A stretch of DNA of 64,000 nucleotides from Mobula hypostoma (Eukaryota): NCBI RefSeq assembly GCF_963921235.1, contig NC_086097.1:9238001-9302000 (forward strand), written 5' to 3'. A model generated the notes under the pieces. That model saw only the letters and a program-made list of their open reading frames with translations. It was not told the origin of the DNA and made no database searches. Numbering within the stretch: position 1 is the stretch's first letter; every line of letters begins with the position of its first letter. Shown piece by piece: positions 37,381 through 50,749 of this stretch. The position numbers and the translations under genes were made by a program.

Positions 37381-38414
37381 AAAGATGTGGCTTTATATTA
37401 ACTACAAGTGAGGAAAACAGGTAATTAGAGTCATTTTTATGATACATTATTGTCATATTTAAGATAATAACAGAAACAGATCGAGTGTCAATAGGACAAT
37501 TCCTCCTTATTTTCAGAGACAATCAATTTACAATTCAAACCAAGCCAGCTAAAGAGAAAGTACTAGACAAGTATAAAATATGCTGCCTCAGACTACAATA
37601 AATAAAGAATTAATTGATGATTTTTAAAAGAGAGTTAATTAGTTCCTTGAGAAATTAATGGCATTGAGAAAAAAACAGCAAGCCAGGAGAATTGGTGCTT
37701 AAAGAAAAACTGTCTTTGCAGGTTGGACAGATTAATGGTTTGCTGCATTCTCTGCTTCCCTGAAAAATATATTCAGTTTTTCCCCTGTGTAATTACTTGT
37801 CCAGATTTACTTTGTTATACTTTCGGTTGTGACGGGCCATGCGGTTAAAATAAAGCAATTTCCCGCTGTCCACATAACTTCCTGTGATGCTGGTGAGAAC
37901 TACTGAAACACTCATTGAGATGGCTATGTTCTACTCATGAGCCAGAGTAATGCATTATTTAGTTACCAGATCTGTTCAGTTATTAAAAGTTCCACATTCA
38001 AAGTAAATTTTATTATCAAAATACATAAGTCACTATATATAATCCTAAGATAAATTTTCCTGCGGGCATACTCAGCAAATTTATAGAATGGTAACTATAG
38101 CAAGATCAATGAAAGATTAACCAGAGTGCAGGAGATAACAAACTACAACTGTGGAAAAGTGAGATCACATCTCAATGGATGGGTGAGCGATGGTTGTGGG
38201 GTAGTCGTAGTGGCGTAAGTCCTGAGGCGCTTGTATCTTCTACCTGATGGCAGCAGCGAGAAGAGATCATGGCCTGGGTTGTGGGGGTCCCCGATGATGG
38301 ATGCTGCTTTCCTACGACAGCACGTCATGTAGATTAGCTCAGTGGTCGGGAGGGCTTTACCCATGATATACTTAGCGTATTATTCAGACGTTTGTGCTAT
38401 TTATTCCATAAATT

Positions 38415-38920
38415 TAGATTATGATTATGAGGACATGCAGTCCTCTTTTATTGTCATTTAGTAATGCATGCATTAAGAAATGATACAATGTTCCTCCAGA
38501 ATGATATCACAGAAACACAAGACAAACCAAGATTTAAAAACTGACAAAAACTACATAATTATAACATATAGTTACAACAGTGCAAAGCAATACCATAATT
38601 TGATAAAGAACAGACCATGGTCACGGTAAAAAAAAGTCTCAAAGTCTCTCGAAAGTCCCATCATTTCACGCAGACGGTAGAAGGAAGAAACTCTCCCTGC
38701 CATGAGCTTCCAGCACTGCAAACTTGCCAATGCAGCACCCTGGAAGCACCCGACCACAGCCGACTCTGAGTCCGTCCAAAAACTTCGAGCTCCGATCAGC
38801 CCTCTGACACCAAGCACCCAGCACCATCTCTGCCGAGTGCTTCGACCCCGGCCCCAGCAACAGGCAATAGGCAAAGCCGAGGATCTGGGGCCTTCCCCTC
38901 CGGAGATTCTCAAGTGCACA
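38415..38920 (-). mobile_element. Non-autonomous LINE-tail element
   Basis: Homologous to 58970-59595; CpG-rich; gattat-repeat tail. Confidence 0.7.
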
Positions 38921-39351
38921 GTAAGTTCAAGTTCAAGTTCAAGTTTAAGTTCAAGTTTATTGTCAACTGATTGTACTTATATACAACCAAATTAAACAAT
39001 GTCCCTTCAGACCATGGTGCACCCACAATATATATATATCACATAGCAAATTAATCAAAATATTACCACAAACAGGTTAATAAAATATAATTTAAAATGC
39101 ATTGTATTGCACAGCACAGATAAACAGTAAACAAGACCTTGCTGGAGGCAAGGTATTCACTAGTCTTACAGCCGGAGGGAAAAAGCTGTTACCCACTCTG
39201 GCAGTCCTAGTCCTGAAGCTTCTGTACCTCCTTCCTGATGGTAGTGAGTCAAAGAGATTGTGAGAAGTGTGGATATTATGAACAGTTGTGACTAAACCTT
39301 TATGTATTTCTCATTGTAAACAGTAAACAGCTCACTGTTCTTTGTACCATA

Positions 39352-39850
39352 ATACTTTATGCTTTATACTTTATTGTGACCAAACAATTGATACTAGAGC
39401 GTACAATCATCACAGCGATATTTGATTCTACGCTTTGCGCTCCCTGGAGTACAAATCGATAGTAAATAATAAAAATTTAAATTATAAATCATAAATAGAA
39501 AATAGAAAAGGGAAAGTAAAGTACTGCAAAAAAACCGAGAGGCAGGTCCAGATAGTTGGAGGGTACGGCCCAGATCCAGGTCAGGATCCGTTCAGCAGTC
39601 TTATCACAATTGGAAAGAAGCTGTTCCCAAATCTGGCCGTATGAGTCTTCAAGCTCCTGAGCCTTTACCTGGAGGGAAGAGGGACGAAAAGTGTGTTGGC
39701 TGGGTGGGTCGTGTCCTTGATTATCCTGGTAGCACTGCTCTAACAGCGTGTGGTGTAAAGTGAGTCCAAGGACAGAAGATTGGTTTGTGTGATGTGCTGC
39801 ACCGTGTTCACGATCTTCTGCAGCTTCTTTCAGTCTTGGACAGGACAACT
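39352..39850 (-). mobile_element. Rex1-type LINE 3' fragment
   Basis: Reverse strand KKLQKIVNTVQHITQTNL...RFGNSFFPIVIRLLN remnant; adjacent Rex tails at 37995-38385 and 38922-39265. Confidence 0.75.
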
Positions 39851-41229
39851 TGTGACCATTAGACCATAAACTTAAATCATCTCCCAAACCTTTAATCTCC
39901 CCGTACCTAGAAAGACAAAAATGGAGGAAATAATGTAATGCTATCATCTGTCTTGGGAACATTCTGTCTAGGGACAAGCATTTTTTTGGAATCTGTGGAA
40001 TTCTCTGCCCAATGAAGCAGTGGAGGCCACTCAGTAAACGTATTTTAAGACAAGGTTGGATAGATTTTTGCATAGTAGGAAAATTAATGGTTATGTGGAA
40101 AAGGCAGGTAGGTGGAAATGAGACCATGGCTTGATCAGCCATGATCTTATTGAATGGCAAAGCAGGCTTGACTGGCCGGATCGCCGACTCCTGCCCCTAT
40201 TTCTTATGTTCCTACATTTCTTTCTTTGCTCACCTGCGCAAAATGGAACATTGATTTATACTCCTTAATGTGTCCTAGGCATTCCTGATGTGAGGAGACT
40301 CGCTTTTGATCTTAGACCAAAGGATTTGGGAGCAGAAGTAGGCCATTCGGCCCATCGAGTCTTGCATTATGAAGCTGAGATTGACTATTCCTTCTCTTCA
40401 TTATCACTTGGGATAATTCAGTCATATAGTTCCTTTTAATATCTCGTGAACAAGACGCTGTTTATTCATTTTCATAGATGCTGCTTGAAGTGCTGAGATC
40501 CTCTAGCATTTTGTGTGAGTTACTATTCAAGAACAACCTGATCTCCAGATCTTCCCTGGCCCAGCCTATGTGATCCTCTGTTGTTTACGCACATATAGAG
40601 GGGGTTAATGTTCTTGTTACCATTTGCCTGATTTATCTTTTTGCACATGGGGGCTGATGCTCTTGTTACCACTTGTGCAATTCATTGTTTTATTTTTTTG
40701 CGCGTGGGGTGACGTACTTCTTTGAACAGATTCCACGGTTTTCTTTGTTTCGTGGCTGTCTGGAGAAGACAAATGTCTGAGTTGTACACTGCATACATAC
40801 TATGATAATAAATGTACCTTGAACCTTGAACCTTGGCTACAGTGCTCATTGTTGTTTGTGGAACTTTATACTAAGGTGTGGTGGTAGTATAGCGGTAAGC
40901 ACAACACTATTGCAGCTTGAGACCTTGGAGTGCAGAGTTCGGTTCCAGCGTCACCTGTAAGAAAGTTTATATGCTCTTCCTGTGAGTGTGTGGGTTTCCT
41001 CCAGGTGCTCTGGTTTCCTCCCACATTTCAAAGATGTACCAATTAGCAGGTTAATTGGTCATTGTAAATTTTCCTGTGATTAGGCTAATGTTAAATCGGT
41101 GGGATACTGGGTGTTGTGGCTCATTGGGCCCCACACTGCTACCATAAATAAATAATTTAGAGGCACTGATTCTACACTATACTTTCAAATAAAAAAGTAA
41201 TTCTGAGTGACCTGAGTGATCCAAAGCAC

Positions 41230-42625
41230 AACAGAATCAGGTTTAACTTCACCAGCATATGTCATGTAATTTGTTGTCTTTGCAAAGCAATGCAAAGCAA
41301 TAACAGAGAAAGAGCATGAATTGCAGTAAATATACATATATATTAAATAGTTGCAGTCTACAGGGCCTGTGTCCTCAGCACACTGCTTTACGGCAGCGAG
41401 ACCTGGAGCCTCTACTACAGACAAGAGCGGCGTCTCAACGTCTTCCACCTTCGCAGCCTGAGACGCATCCTGGACATCACGTGGACTGACCGAGTCACCA
41501 GCAATGAGGTCCTGGCCCACGCCCAGATACCCAGCCTCTTCACCCTGCTCCAACAACGCCGTCTCCGCTGGCTGGGCCACGTACGCCGCATGTCAGATGG
41601 GAGGATCCCGAAAGACCTGCTGTACGGGGAACTGGCCTCCGGCAAGAGAGCACAAGGGCGGCCCCATCTTCGTTTCAAAGACGTTTGCAAGAGAGACATG
41701 AAGTCACTGAAAATGAACGTCGAGAGGTGGGAGGTCATCGCAAGCAATCACTCTCGCTGGAGGCTGGAACTACGCAGAGGTCTAAAAAGAGGAGGAGAGA
41801 AGCTGAGGCTTGCTGCTGAAGAAAAGCACACTCGTCGGAAAAAACAGCACCAAGACAACACTGGAGGACAGCGCCTTCGAGTGCAGTCGCTGTAGTCGAG
41901 ACTGTCACTCCCGTGTGGGCCTCTACAGCTACAACAGACACTGCTCTAACACAGACTGAAGCAAGACTTTCCAGGCGCAGATCCATGGTCTCGCAAGAGT
42001 AATGGATGCCACCACCACCACCATATTAAATAGTTAAATTCAATAAGTTGTGCAAACATAGAAATAAAAACGTAGTGAGGTAGTGTTCATTCACAACTCA
42101 GATAGCAGAGAGGAAGAAGCTGTTCCTGAATCATTAAGTGTGTGCTCAGGCTCCTGTACCTCCTTCCTGGTGGTAACAATGAGAAAAGGGCATGTACTGA
42201 GTGATGGGGCCCTTAATGATGATGCCGACTTTTTGAGGCATCACTCCTCTTTGAAGACATCCTGGATATAACAAAGGCCAGTGCCCATGATGGAGCTGAC
42301 TACGTTTGCAACTCTCTGCAGCTCACTTTGATCCTGTGCGGTGCCCCCGACATCCCCCCACACCAGACAGTGAAGCAGCCACTTCGAATGTTCTCCCTGG
42401 TGGAGCTGTACAAATTGCATGTGTCTTTGCTGACATGGCAAATCTGCTCAAACCCCTAATAAAATACAGCCATTGTCGTGTCTTCTTTGTAGCTGCATCA
42501 ATATGTTGGATTCAGGGTAGATCCTCAGAGATATTGACACCCAGGAATTTGAAACTGGTCACTCTTTCTACCTCTGACCCCTCTATGAGGACTGGTATGT
42601 GTTCCCTCATCTTACTCTTTCTAAG
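41230..42625 (-). mobile_element. Rex1-type LINE 3' fragment hosting an RTE insertion
   Basis: FKFLGVNISEDL, LQRVANVVSSIMGT remnants; aaacctgattctg tail. Confidence 0.7.
41353..42022 (+). mobile_element. Young 5'-truncated RTE LINE
   Basis: VYRACVLSTLLYGSETW...RRLRWLGHVRRMSDGRIPKDLLYGEL...CSRCSRDCHSRVGLYS; (CCA)n tail; 13-bp TSD atattaaatagtt (41340-52 and 42023-35). Confidence 0.93.
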
Positions 42626-45120
42626 CATAAAGGTAAATTACTGTTGATATGCATACTCTTCTGTGTTGATAGAGAAGAATCTTGAAAGATGAAAAAAACT
42701 TGAATGTAAAATTGCTAGTAATAGAGGTCACTACTTGAAATTAAGCACTTACTTTGCTGCCACTTAATTGTGTTAGTTCGCTTAAATGTGGTCCACACTG
42801 CTGTCTCTTTTAGTTCATGGCATTTCGTGGACAAGCATTGCAAATCAATGAATTCCTTTGGACAGTCTGATTGATAGTGTCAATCCTCCATGATAAGCTG
42901 ATGCCAGGCAGCTCAGGAGCTCATTACAATGAATGGCTGGTATTGGGTAATTGATCATCTATGTCAATCAAACCCTTCAGATAGATTTGCATCACTTAAT
43001 GAGGCAATCACATCTGGTTGCAATCTTCATTCAGGCACAGAGTCAACAGAACAGAAAATGAAGACTTAAACTGAAATCTCAGTCAATTAGTGTTTAATAC
43101 TAAATACCCCTTCAGAACCAAACACAGGTCATTAGTTTAAATTATGTGACCTTTAAAAACTTTGTCCTTTAACCAAAGACATCCTTTTCTGATGGTTCCT
43201 TCAGGTTGTCATAGCCAGGGAATGCAGTGGGGATTAGTCCCCACTGCCTATTAAATGCTCCCAATGGCGCATGTCTGAAGTAGTCTCTGATGACCAAGAG
43301 CAGCTCCTGGCCTTCACATGTGGCTTAGCTACTAAGCCTGGTAGAACTGTTTCTATTGACAGGAGAAGGAGAAGAAAAAAACATATTTTTAAATGACTCT
43401 AGACTCTAAGGGGCAAAGGCAGGTTATTGGTGCCTTAAAACCAATTGCTTCAGGCTGATGGAGCTCCTCAGCCATGGTCTAGGAGGAAAAAACCTGTTCT
43501 CCTACAGTATATATATATGACTGTAATTTACAGTTTTTATACTGCTGCCACATAACAACAAATTTCACAACATCTGCCAATGATATTAATCCTGAATCTG
43601 ATTCATCAGCTGCCTGAAAAGGAGGAGCGTACTCCTTGGGCAACAGCTTGCTCTCCATAACATACTGACCTGGCTTGTGTGTCACATTGACTGCTGGGAT
43701 GGAACATCCATGGTCTATCCCGACCAGTGGAGGGCCTTACTCCTTTTTTGATTAAGGCTATTTGCTGCATGTGACTACATTCTTGTAACTTCTTGCATGT
43801 TGCTTGAAGGATGTGTATCTCACTCTCGTGAATAGTAACTTCAAGGTCATTAAAATAGGAAATATAAAAATAAGCTACCCATTTAGTTAAACAAAAATGC
43901 TTAAACAGGATTGAGCTAGGGTGAATTTACACATGAAGCCTGTGCAATTTTCTTAGCAATGTTGGTGTTTGTTCAAGAATCTTTAATCGCATTCTGCATA
44001 GCAGCAAAGAGATCAGTTTGACATAATTCCTTGAAATTTAATCTTTTGGTATTTACTTATTTTTTTACTTAAACATAACAAAGTGCTTTCACTTGTGTGT
44101 TTTCAGCAAAAGAGGTTCTTCAATTGAATGAAGGTAATCTCCTTTAAAAGAATTACTAGAAAAGAAAATCTAATTTGCATTCAGAACACAAGAGAGATTG
44201 CAAAGGGGTTATTTTGTGTTAAAATTCATGTAGCACTGATTTAACAGCATATAATGATGAATTAATTTTGATTGTTCTACAAATGGGAAAGAAATAAGGA
44301 AATAAAAATTGGGAAATGGTATTTCATGTTTAAGTGTTATCCAGCAAGAGGTTCTTGGGCTGACCATTTAAATTGAGAATAAGTATTATATTCTGGTTCA
44401 AGCCAGAAAGGAAGGGGATGGATGCCTAAGAGAAATCTTCTCACCACTGAGAGGATTAAACGCGCAAAGCATTGCTGATATTAAACTCCAAACTTTGTGG
44501 TTGTGTTACTGCTGGAGATGGTATCTCTGATGTCCTCACCTCCTTCGGTCTGTGCCTTTGGCACATTCTCTCCACTATTTCAGCGGCAAAATCTACTCCA
44601 GTGAGTATTCCACAAGAAAGGATTATTATTTCCTTCACAGCGCTCTTGGTCAGATGCTACGATACTTTCTCTCCTGCTGATATCTGGTATCACCACCAGT
44701 AGAGAGGTCAGAGTAGATCCTTCAGGGTTGCTTAGCTACCGTTTCATGGGGGGCCTTTTTATCATTATAAATCATAGATTAATTGACATTATAAATTGAG
44801 GAAAATGGACTGATATATCTTTCCTTTGAGATTATGTTACATTGAATATTCTTTCACATTCTACAGAGAATGTATTATCAGTCCTTTCTTGCTTGAATTA
44901 GAATCAGAATCATGTGTAATTATCACTTACATATGTCAAGAAATTTGTTGTTTTGTGGCAGCAGTACAGTGCAAGATTGACAGGGTGGAGATACATTTCT
45001 ACCAGAGTTATTGTAAGGAGCTCTTTCTCTTTCCTAACCTGCAGTTCACCCTTGGGCAAGGTGTAGCATCTGCTTAGACCCTATGATAAAACTGGCCGAG
45101 TGTGCAACCCTTCATGAAGC

Positions 45121-45277
45121 TGTTACGTGACCATGGTTTGGTTTACTGTGGGTGTCGCTTTAAAATGCCTGGGTGAGGTGGGACTATGACGTCAGTATAA
45201 CAAGCTGGGACAGACTGCGGGGACTTTCAGAGAGGGAAGAGAGAGAGGGAGAGAGAGAGAAAGAGAGAGAGAGGGGG

Positions 45278-45340
<63 letters not shown>

Positions 45341-45962
45341 CTTTGGACCACAAGCTGCTCTCAGGAGCTTGCTGCAACAATGGGTAAAGTCTGATACTTT
45401 CCCATGCCTTGAGAACTGGGTTGATCAACAGCACCAAATGCACAATGGATGTGTGACTGTCACTTTGTATGATCCATACGTGGATTTTGTTGGAGTATCC
45501 TGTGGCGACCACCTTTGTTAACCTTTACATGGTTCCGGGTATGTTATGTGGTAACCACTTGTGCTGAGGAATATTCAGTGACTGTCACCTTGTGATATTT
45601 CTACGTGGATTTCAGGACGACTTGACGGATAAGATCTTCGGCGACTGTTACTTCGTTTTACCAGCGTGGAACCTGTGGAATTCTTCATAATCGCCTCCTC
45701 TCTACATGTTAATGTGGATTTACAAGTTTCTCCCCTCATTTACTCTATGGATTACTGGACCTTTCTAGTTTGCCATCTTGAGACTTTAAGAACTGTTCCT
45801 AAGTTTGACAGTCTGGGAGCTACAACGCATAACACTGTTAACTTCTGTTTAGAAGAGTAGTCTGTTTAATTTTCTATATTTTTGAGTAGATACTAATAAA
45901 TATAGTGGTTTTAACATTAAAACCTGTCTCAATTTGTGATCTATTGCTGCTGGTACATAACA
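45121..45962 (+). mobile_element. Solo LTR (Gypsy-like) containing a (GA)n tract at about 45229-45335
   Basis: TGTTACG...CATAACA termini, 4-bp TSD aagc (45117-20 and 45963-66), AATAAA near the 3' end. Confidence 0.85.
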
Positions 45963-46238
45963 AAGCCCACAAATATTCATGCAACACACAATAAAATGCT
46001 GAATTCATTCATACTCTGACAGTCCACTCCTTCCTTTCAGCATCCAATGAATTATTCATTTGTCTTTAGAATGAGAATCTGATTCTTCCTTTTCTTTGAA
46101 GGTTCCTGATTGTAGCATTCCTCTGCACTCGCCCAGAGATGCCAGGAGCCGTGAAAAAATCTTTTGTAATTCTGCAATCAACATTTTATTGGCCTCTGGT
46201 AGAAATACGGTACTGGACCGAAGAAGTACAAGAAATTT

Positions 46239-46540
46239 TTGCAACACACGTAAAAATTGCTGGTGAACACAGCAGGCCAGGCAGCATCTGTAGGAAGAGG
46301 TACAGTCGATGTTTCAGGCCGAGACTCTTCGTCAGGATGAACTGAAAGAAGAGATAGTAAGAGATTTGAAAGTGGAAGGGTGAAGGGGAGATCCGAAATG
46401 ATAGGAGAAGACAGGAGGGGGAGAGATGGAGCCAAGAGCTGGAAAGCTGATTGGCAAAAGAGGTACCAGGCTGGAGAAGGGAGAGGATCATGGGATGGGA
46501 GGCCTAGGGAGAAAGGAAGGGGGAGGGAAGCCCCCTTTCC
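46239..46540 (-). mobile_element. Penelope-like pLTR, young subfamily
   Basis: Similar to 50278-50743; TSD caagaaattt (46229-38 and 46541-50). Confidence 0.85.
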
Positions 46541-48359
46541 CAAGAAATTTGTGACTGCTTCTTTTATAACTAAGTTCAAAGTAAATTTATTATGAAAATA
46601 CATATGTGTTATTGAACCCATGAACACAACCTCACTACTCTTTTATTTCTGTTATTTACGTACAATGTATTTTAACTTAACTATTTAATAGAAACATATG
46701 TATACTTAATGTAACTCATTTTTTTCTGTATATTTATTAAGCATTTCATTGTACTGTTGCTGTAAAGTTAACAAATTTCACAACATATGCTGGTGATGTT
46801 AAATCTGATTCTGATATGTCAGCATATACAACACTGAGATTAATTTTCTTACAGACATACTCAATGAACCTTTAGAATAAGAACCAGGACCAAATCAGTG
46901 GAAGATTGCACCAAGTTGGATGTTCAATTAGTGTGCATAATACAATAAACTGCAAAACCAACAAGAAAGAAATAATAATATTAAATAAATAAACAATAAA
47001 TATTGTGAATATGAGATGAAGAGTCTTTAAAAGTGAGACCATAAGTTCTGGGAACATTTCAATGATGGGGCAAGTGAAGTTGGGTGAAGTTATCCCTTTG
47101 GTTCAAGAGCTTGGTGACTGAGGATTAATAACTGTTCCTGACCCTGGTATTGTGAGTTCTGAGGCTCCTGTACCTTCTTCCTGAAGGCAGCAGTGAGAAG
47201 AGGGCATGTCCTGCATGGTGGGGGACCCTGATGATGGATGATGCTTTCCTACAACAGTACTCCTTGTAGACGTGTTGAATTGTGGGGATGGCTTTACCCG
47301 TGATGGACTAGGACCTATCTACTACTTTGATAGATAGTGAAGTTGTGTATGTCACTACAATCTGCATGCTCATATACAGAACTGGAATGCGTTACAACTT
47401 AATAAAGCAATCTACATGTTGGCTTTCAGGTGAGGAACCTGCTGACATAAACTAATAATCCAGAGAATGTGTTAAGGACCCACAAAGCCGTGGGAAAGCT
47501 GAATTCCATTGAATAGTGATAGCAATTACAGACACTGTCACATGGCAGCACAGTGGTGTGGCAGTTACCAGAACACTTTTATAGCACCAGTGACCCAGGT
47601 TCAATGTTGGGCAATATTATATTTTTCAATGTAGTTATATTCAGCATAGTTGGGCTATATTATTTTTTGTGACTGTATGTTTTTCTGCTATTGTGCTGTG
47701 TGCTGTTGCTACAGTGTTTTGCACCTTGGCCCTGGAGGAAGAATATTTATTTTGGCTGTATTCATGTGCATGGTTGAATCATCATTAAACTTGAACTTGA
47801 ACTCTGAATTCCACAGGTGTCTGTGAAGAGTTAGTACATCTTCCCATGTGTAGGCTCCTTGAGGTGCTCTGGTTCCTTCCCACATTCCAAAAACATGTGG
47901 GTTAGTAGGTTAATTGGTCATATGGGTGTAATTGGGTGAGTCATCCCTGAACGAGTTCCAGAGCATGCCGGGAACTCCATTTGGATAGATCTACTTTAAC
48001 CAATTTATTTGCATGGCGTTGCTTTGGAAACAGCCAGGTAATTACTAACCCCACCACACTACCAAGTCTGTGATCTTTGCTGACTCCACCACCATCACTC
48101 AGTAGCTAACCAAACAAACGGTTCACCAGCCAGCCATCACAGCTGACTGCTGACTGCACATATCAACGGCAATAACCATTCTCCTCCAACAGCTTCTCGC
48201 AACTTTTCCTTCTCCACCACTCCAGCCTCTTGACTGCGCACTGTAACCAGTAACTCAGTTACCATATTCCGACAGCAACCATTCAAAGCCTCAAGAATAT
48301 TCACCTTGACTAGTTGCTAGCCCACACAGTACCACCAAATGTGATAGTCAACTATCTTA

Positions 48360-48777
48360 CTTCTCCGTGGATTGTCACCTTGTCGCGGTGGAGAAGCTTG
48401 TGTGGTCCTGTGATCCCGAGAGCGATGCCGTCTGGAGCTATACTCCTGGTAGGGTCACCCATGGCGGTAAGGTCGAGGGTGAGGTCCCTGACAAAGGACA
48501 ATCCAACCAAGACATCAACAGTGGAACAGGAGGACGATGTTACTTCGAACTCAATGGCTGTGAAGGTGGATGAAGGCTGCAACAAATCCATCAGCTCCAA
48601 TCGTCGTGGTTTCCATGCCATTTGAATCAGTTGGTTGATTTGAAGTATCGTGCGCTTCTTGGAGTGAAACATCAAGTACACGTTAAACAAATACACGCAT
48701 AGGCATCTTCACTCTGTGGGCCACTTCTTCAGAACAAAGACTATCATCTTCGACCTCGAGGGATAGCCATAATGATG
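48360..48777 (+). mobile_element. Bipartite non-autonomous RTE (Expander/BovB-like 5' UTR)
   Basis: caccttgtcgcggtggagaagcttgtgtg...ggtagggtcacccatggc...ctgacaaag head; atgatg tail; TSD actatctta (48351-59 and 48778-86). Confidence 0.75.
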
Positions 48778-48835
48778 ACTATCTTAACCCCCATACAACC
48801 CTATAACCTGGCCTCTGTCCTACAGCTTAATTTTC

Positions 48836-49118
48836 CCACAACCCCAAGCCTGACTTGCCCACAAACTCTGGCCTGTCACCCCAACAACCCCAGGCCTGTC
48901 TCACTTATAATTTCAGGCCAGTCTCACCCACAACCTCAGGCCTCTCTTGCTTACAATCTCAGATGTCTCTTACCCACAACCGCAGGCCTCGCTTGCACAC
49001 AACCCTAGGCCTCTCTTACCCATAACCTCAGTCCTGTCTCCCCTATAACTCCAGACCTGTCTCGCCTACAATCCCAGGCCTCACTTGCCCACAACCTCTT
49101 TTGCCTACAACCTCAGGG
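48836..49118. repeat. Degenerate 23-bp minisatellite
   Basis: About 12 units resembling cccacaacctcaggcctctcttg. Confidence 0.85.
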
Positions 49119-49236
49119 ACCTGGAATGGCCAGCAGCCTATTCTTGTTGAGATGGGGGCACACAGTGCGCAGCGGCTCCTTATAACGTTACTAGCTCAGT
49201 GGAAGGATTTTCCTGTGTATATGGTGACTCACGTTC

Positions 49237-49474
49237 TGATGCACCATCAATAACTCCAAAAGACTGGAAGTAGAGTAAATACTGAAAGGCTTTTATTAGC
49301 AGTAAAATGTGACCTCGACCATGCTGAGTATCTGCCCCTGGACTGAGAGGAGGAGCAATTGCGCAATCGCTTTTATTCAGGGGTCTGTGGGAGGAGCCAC
49401 AGGAGCAGTCAGCAGAGGGGCGTGTCCAGACAGGTAACCCAGTTACAACATATATATATATATGGTTCACCACA
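49237..49474 (-). mobile_element. Short solo LTR
   Basis: Reverse strand TGTGGTGAACC...GGTGCATCA with AATAAA; 5-bp TSD cgttc/cattc. Confidence 0.8.
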
Positions 49475-50277
49475 CATTCCCATTAAGTTTTTTAGCAACT
49501 CATCCACGAACACATTTATTGGCCTGCCACACAACCACCATTTAATTTCATTCTGTATATACTGCAGAAACCTAGAGCGAATTGTGTGAAGAGAGCGCTG
49601 TACACAGCTGGGTATATGCTGAAATCTAAATTGTTGGATACATAATTGAAATTCTCCCATGCCACAAGGGCACCATAGCGGTTAGCACAACACTATTCTG
49701 GCTCGGGGTTTTCTGGAGATTGGTGTTCTGTTCCAGCCCCACCTGTAAGGAGTTTGTATGTTCTCACTGTGAGTGAGTGGACTTAGTTCCAGCTGCTCTG
49801 GTTTAGTCCCACAATCCAAGACCTGTCCATTTGTAGGTTAATGGGTTATTGTAACATGTCCTGTGATTAGTCCAGAGTTAAATAGGTGGGTTGTTGAGAG
49901 GTGTGGCTCCTTGGGTCAGGAGGGTCTGTTCCGCTCTGCATTTCTAAATAAAATCTATATTATTTGTAGAATTCATCTTGCACTTTCATTGCAAGGCTAA
50001 ATGCAATTTAGACTTCATTCTTTCACTAGTTTATTTGCTATCTAACAGCGAGTGTTTAGTTGTTAAATGAATTGAAAAAGAGCTTCCATTAAAATGACAT
50101 AGTTTAGTAACTTTAGTTTGCTTTCTCAATATATTCAGAGTATAATTTTCAGATGAATAAGCAATAAAATAAAAATGCAAAAATATTTACCTAACATGTA
50201 TGTGTTTTTTCTGTTTAATTATACTCTTTAAAACAGTGAAAAAGCTTTGCTTTTGAAGCATATAATTTTAAAATGTT

Positions 50278-50749
50278 AACAACAGGAATTCTGCAGATGC
50301 TGGAAATTCAAGCAACATACATCAAAGTTGCTGGTGAACGCAGCAGGCCAAGCAGCATCTATAGGAAGAGGTGCAGTCGACGTTTCAGGCCGAGACCCTT
50401 CGTCAGGACTAACTGAAGGAAGAGTGAGTAAGGGATTTGAAAGCTGGAGGGGGAGGGGGAGATGCAAAATGATAGGAGAAGACAGGAGGGGGAGGGATAG
50501 AGCAGAGAGCTGGACAGGTGATAGGCAAAAAGGGATACGAGAGATCATGGGACAGGAGGTCCGGGAAGAAAGACGGGGGGGGCGGGGTGACCCAGAGGAT
50601 GGGCAAGAGGTATATTTAGAGGGACAGAGGGAGAAAAAGGAGAGTGAGAGAAAGAATGTGTGCATAAAAATGAGTAACAGATGGGGTACGAGGGGGAGGT
50701 GGGGCCTTAGCGGAAGTTAGAGAAGTCGATGTTCATGCCATCATTTTAA
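50278..50749 (-). mobile_element. Young Penelope-like 3' end
   Basis: DGMNIDFSNFR* ORF end, UTR and pLTR; 14-bp TSD aattttaaaatgtt (50264-77 and 50750-63). Confidence 0.9.
50374..50411 (-). ncRNA. Minimal type I hammerhead ribozyme
   Basis: uaguc CUGACGA a gggu-cucg-gccu GAAA cg UC^ gacug: stem I pairs and stem III is a minimal palindrome. Confidence 0.8.

Noticed and set aside
37120..37420. Possible host exon with a cag/gtaatt donor
   Set aside because: Another frame gives the RTE terminal zinc finger, so it is a TE remnant
39489..40160. 223-aa ORF
   Set aside because: Crosses the junction of CR1 and Rex1 fragments in non-native frames
43205..43345. Possible HDV-like fold around gccttcacatgtggc
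   Set aside because: A P3/L3-like motif is present, but I could not find a P1 or P2; only simple hairpins are evident
44456..44720. Short ORFs on both strands in TE-free DNA
   Set aside because: No recognisable protein family or consistent splice signals; conservation could not be tested
45173..45512. ER-rich and SL-rich ORFs
   Set aside because: Translation of the (GA)n tract inside a solo LTR
48836..49118. CRISPR-like periodicity
   Set aside because: Contiguous degenerate units with no unique spacers in a vertebrate context; a minisatellite
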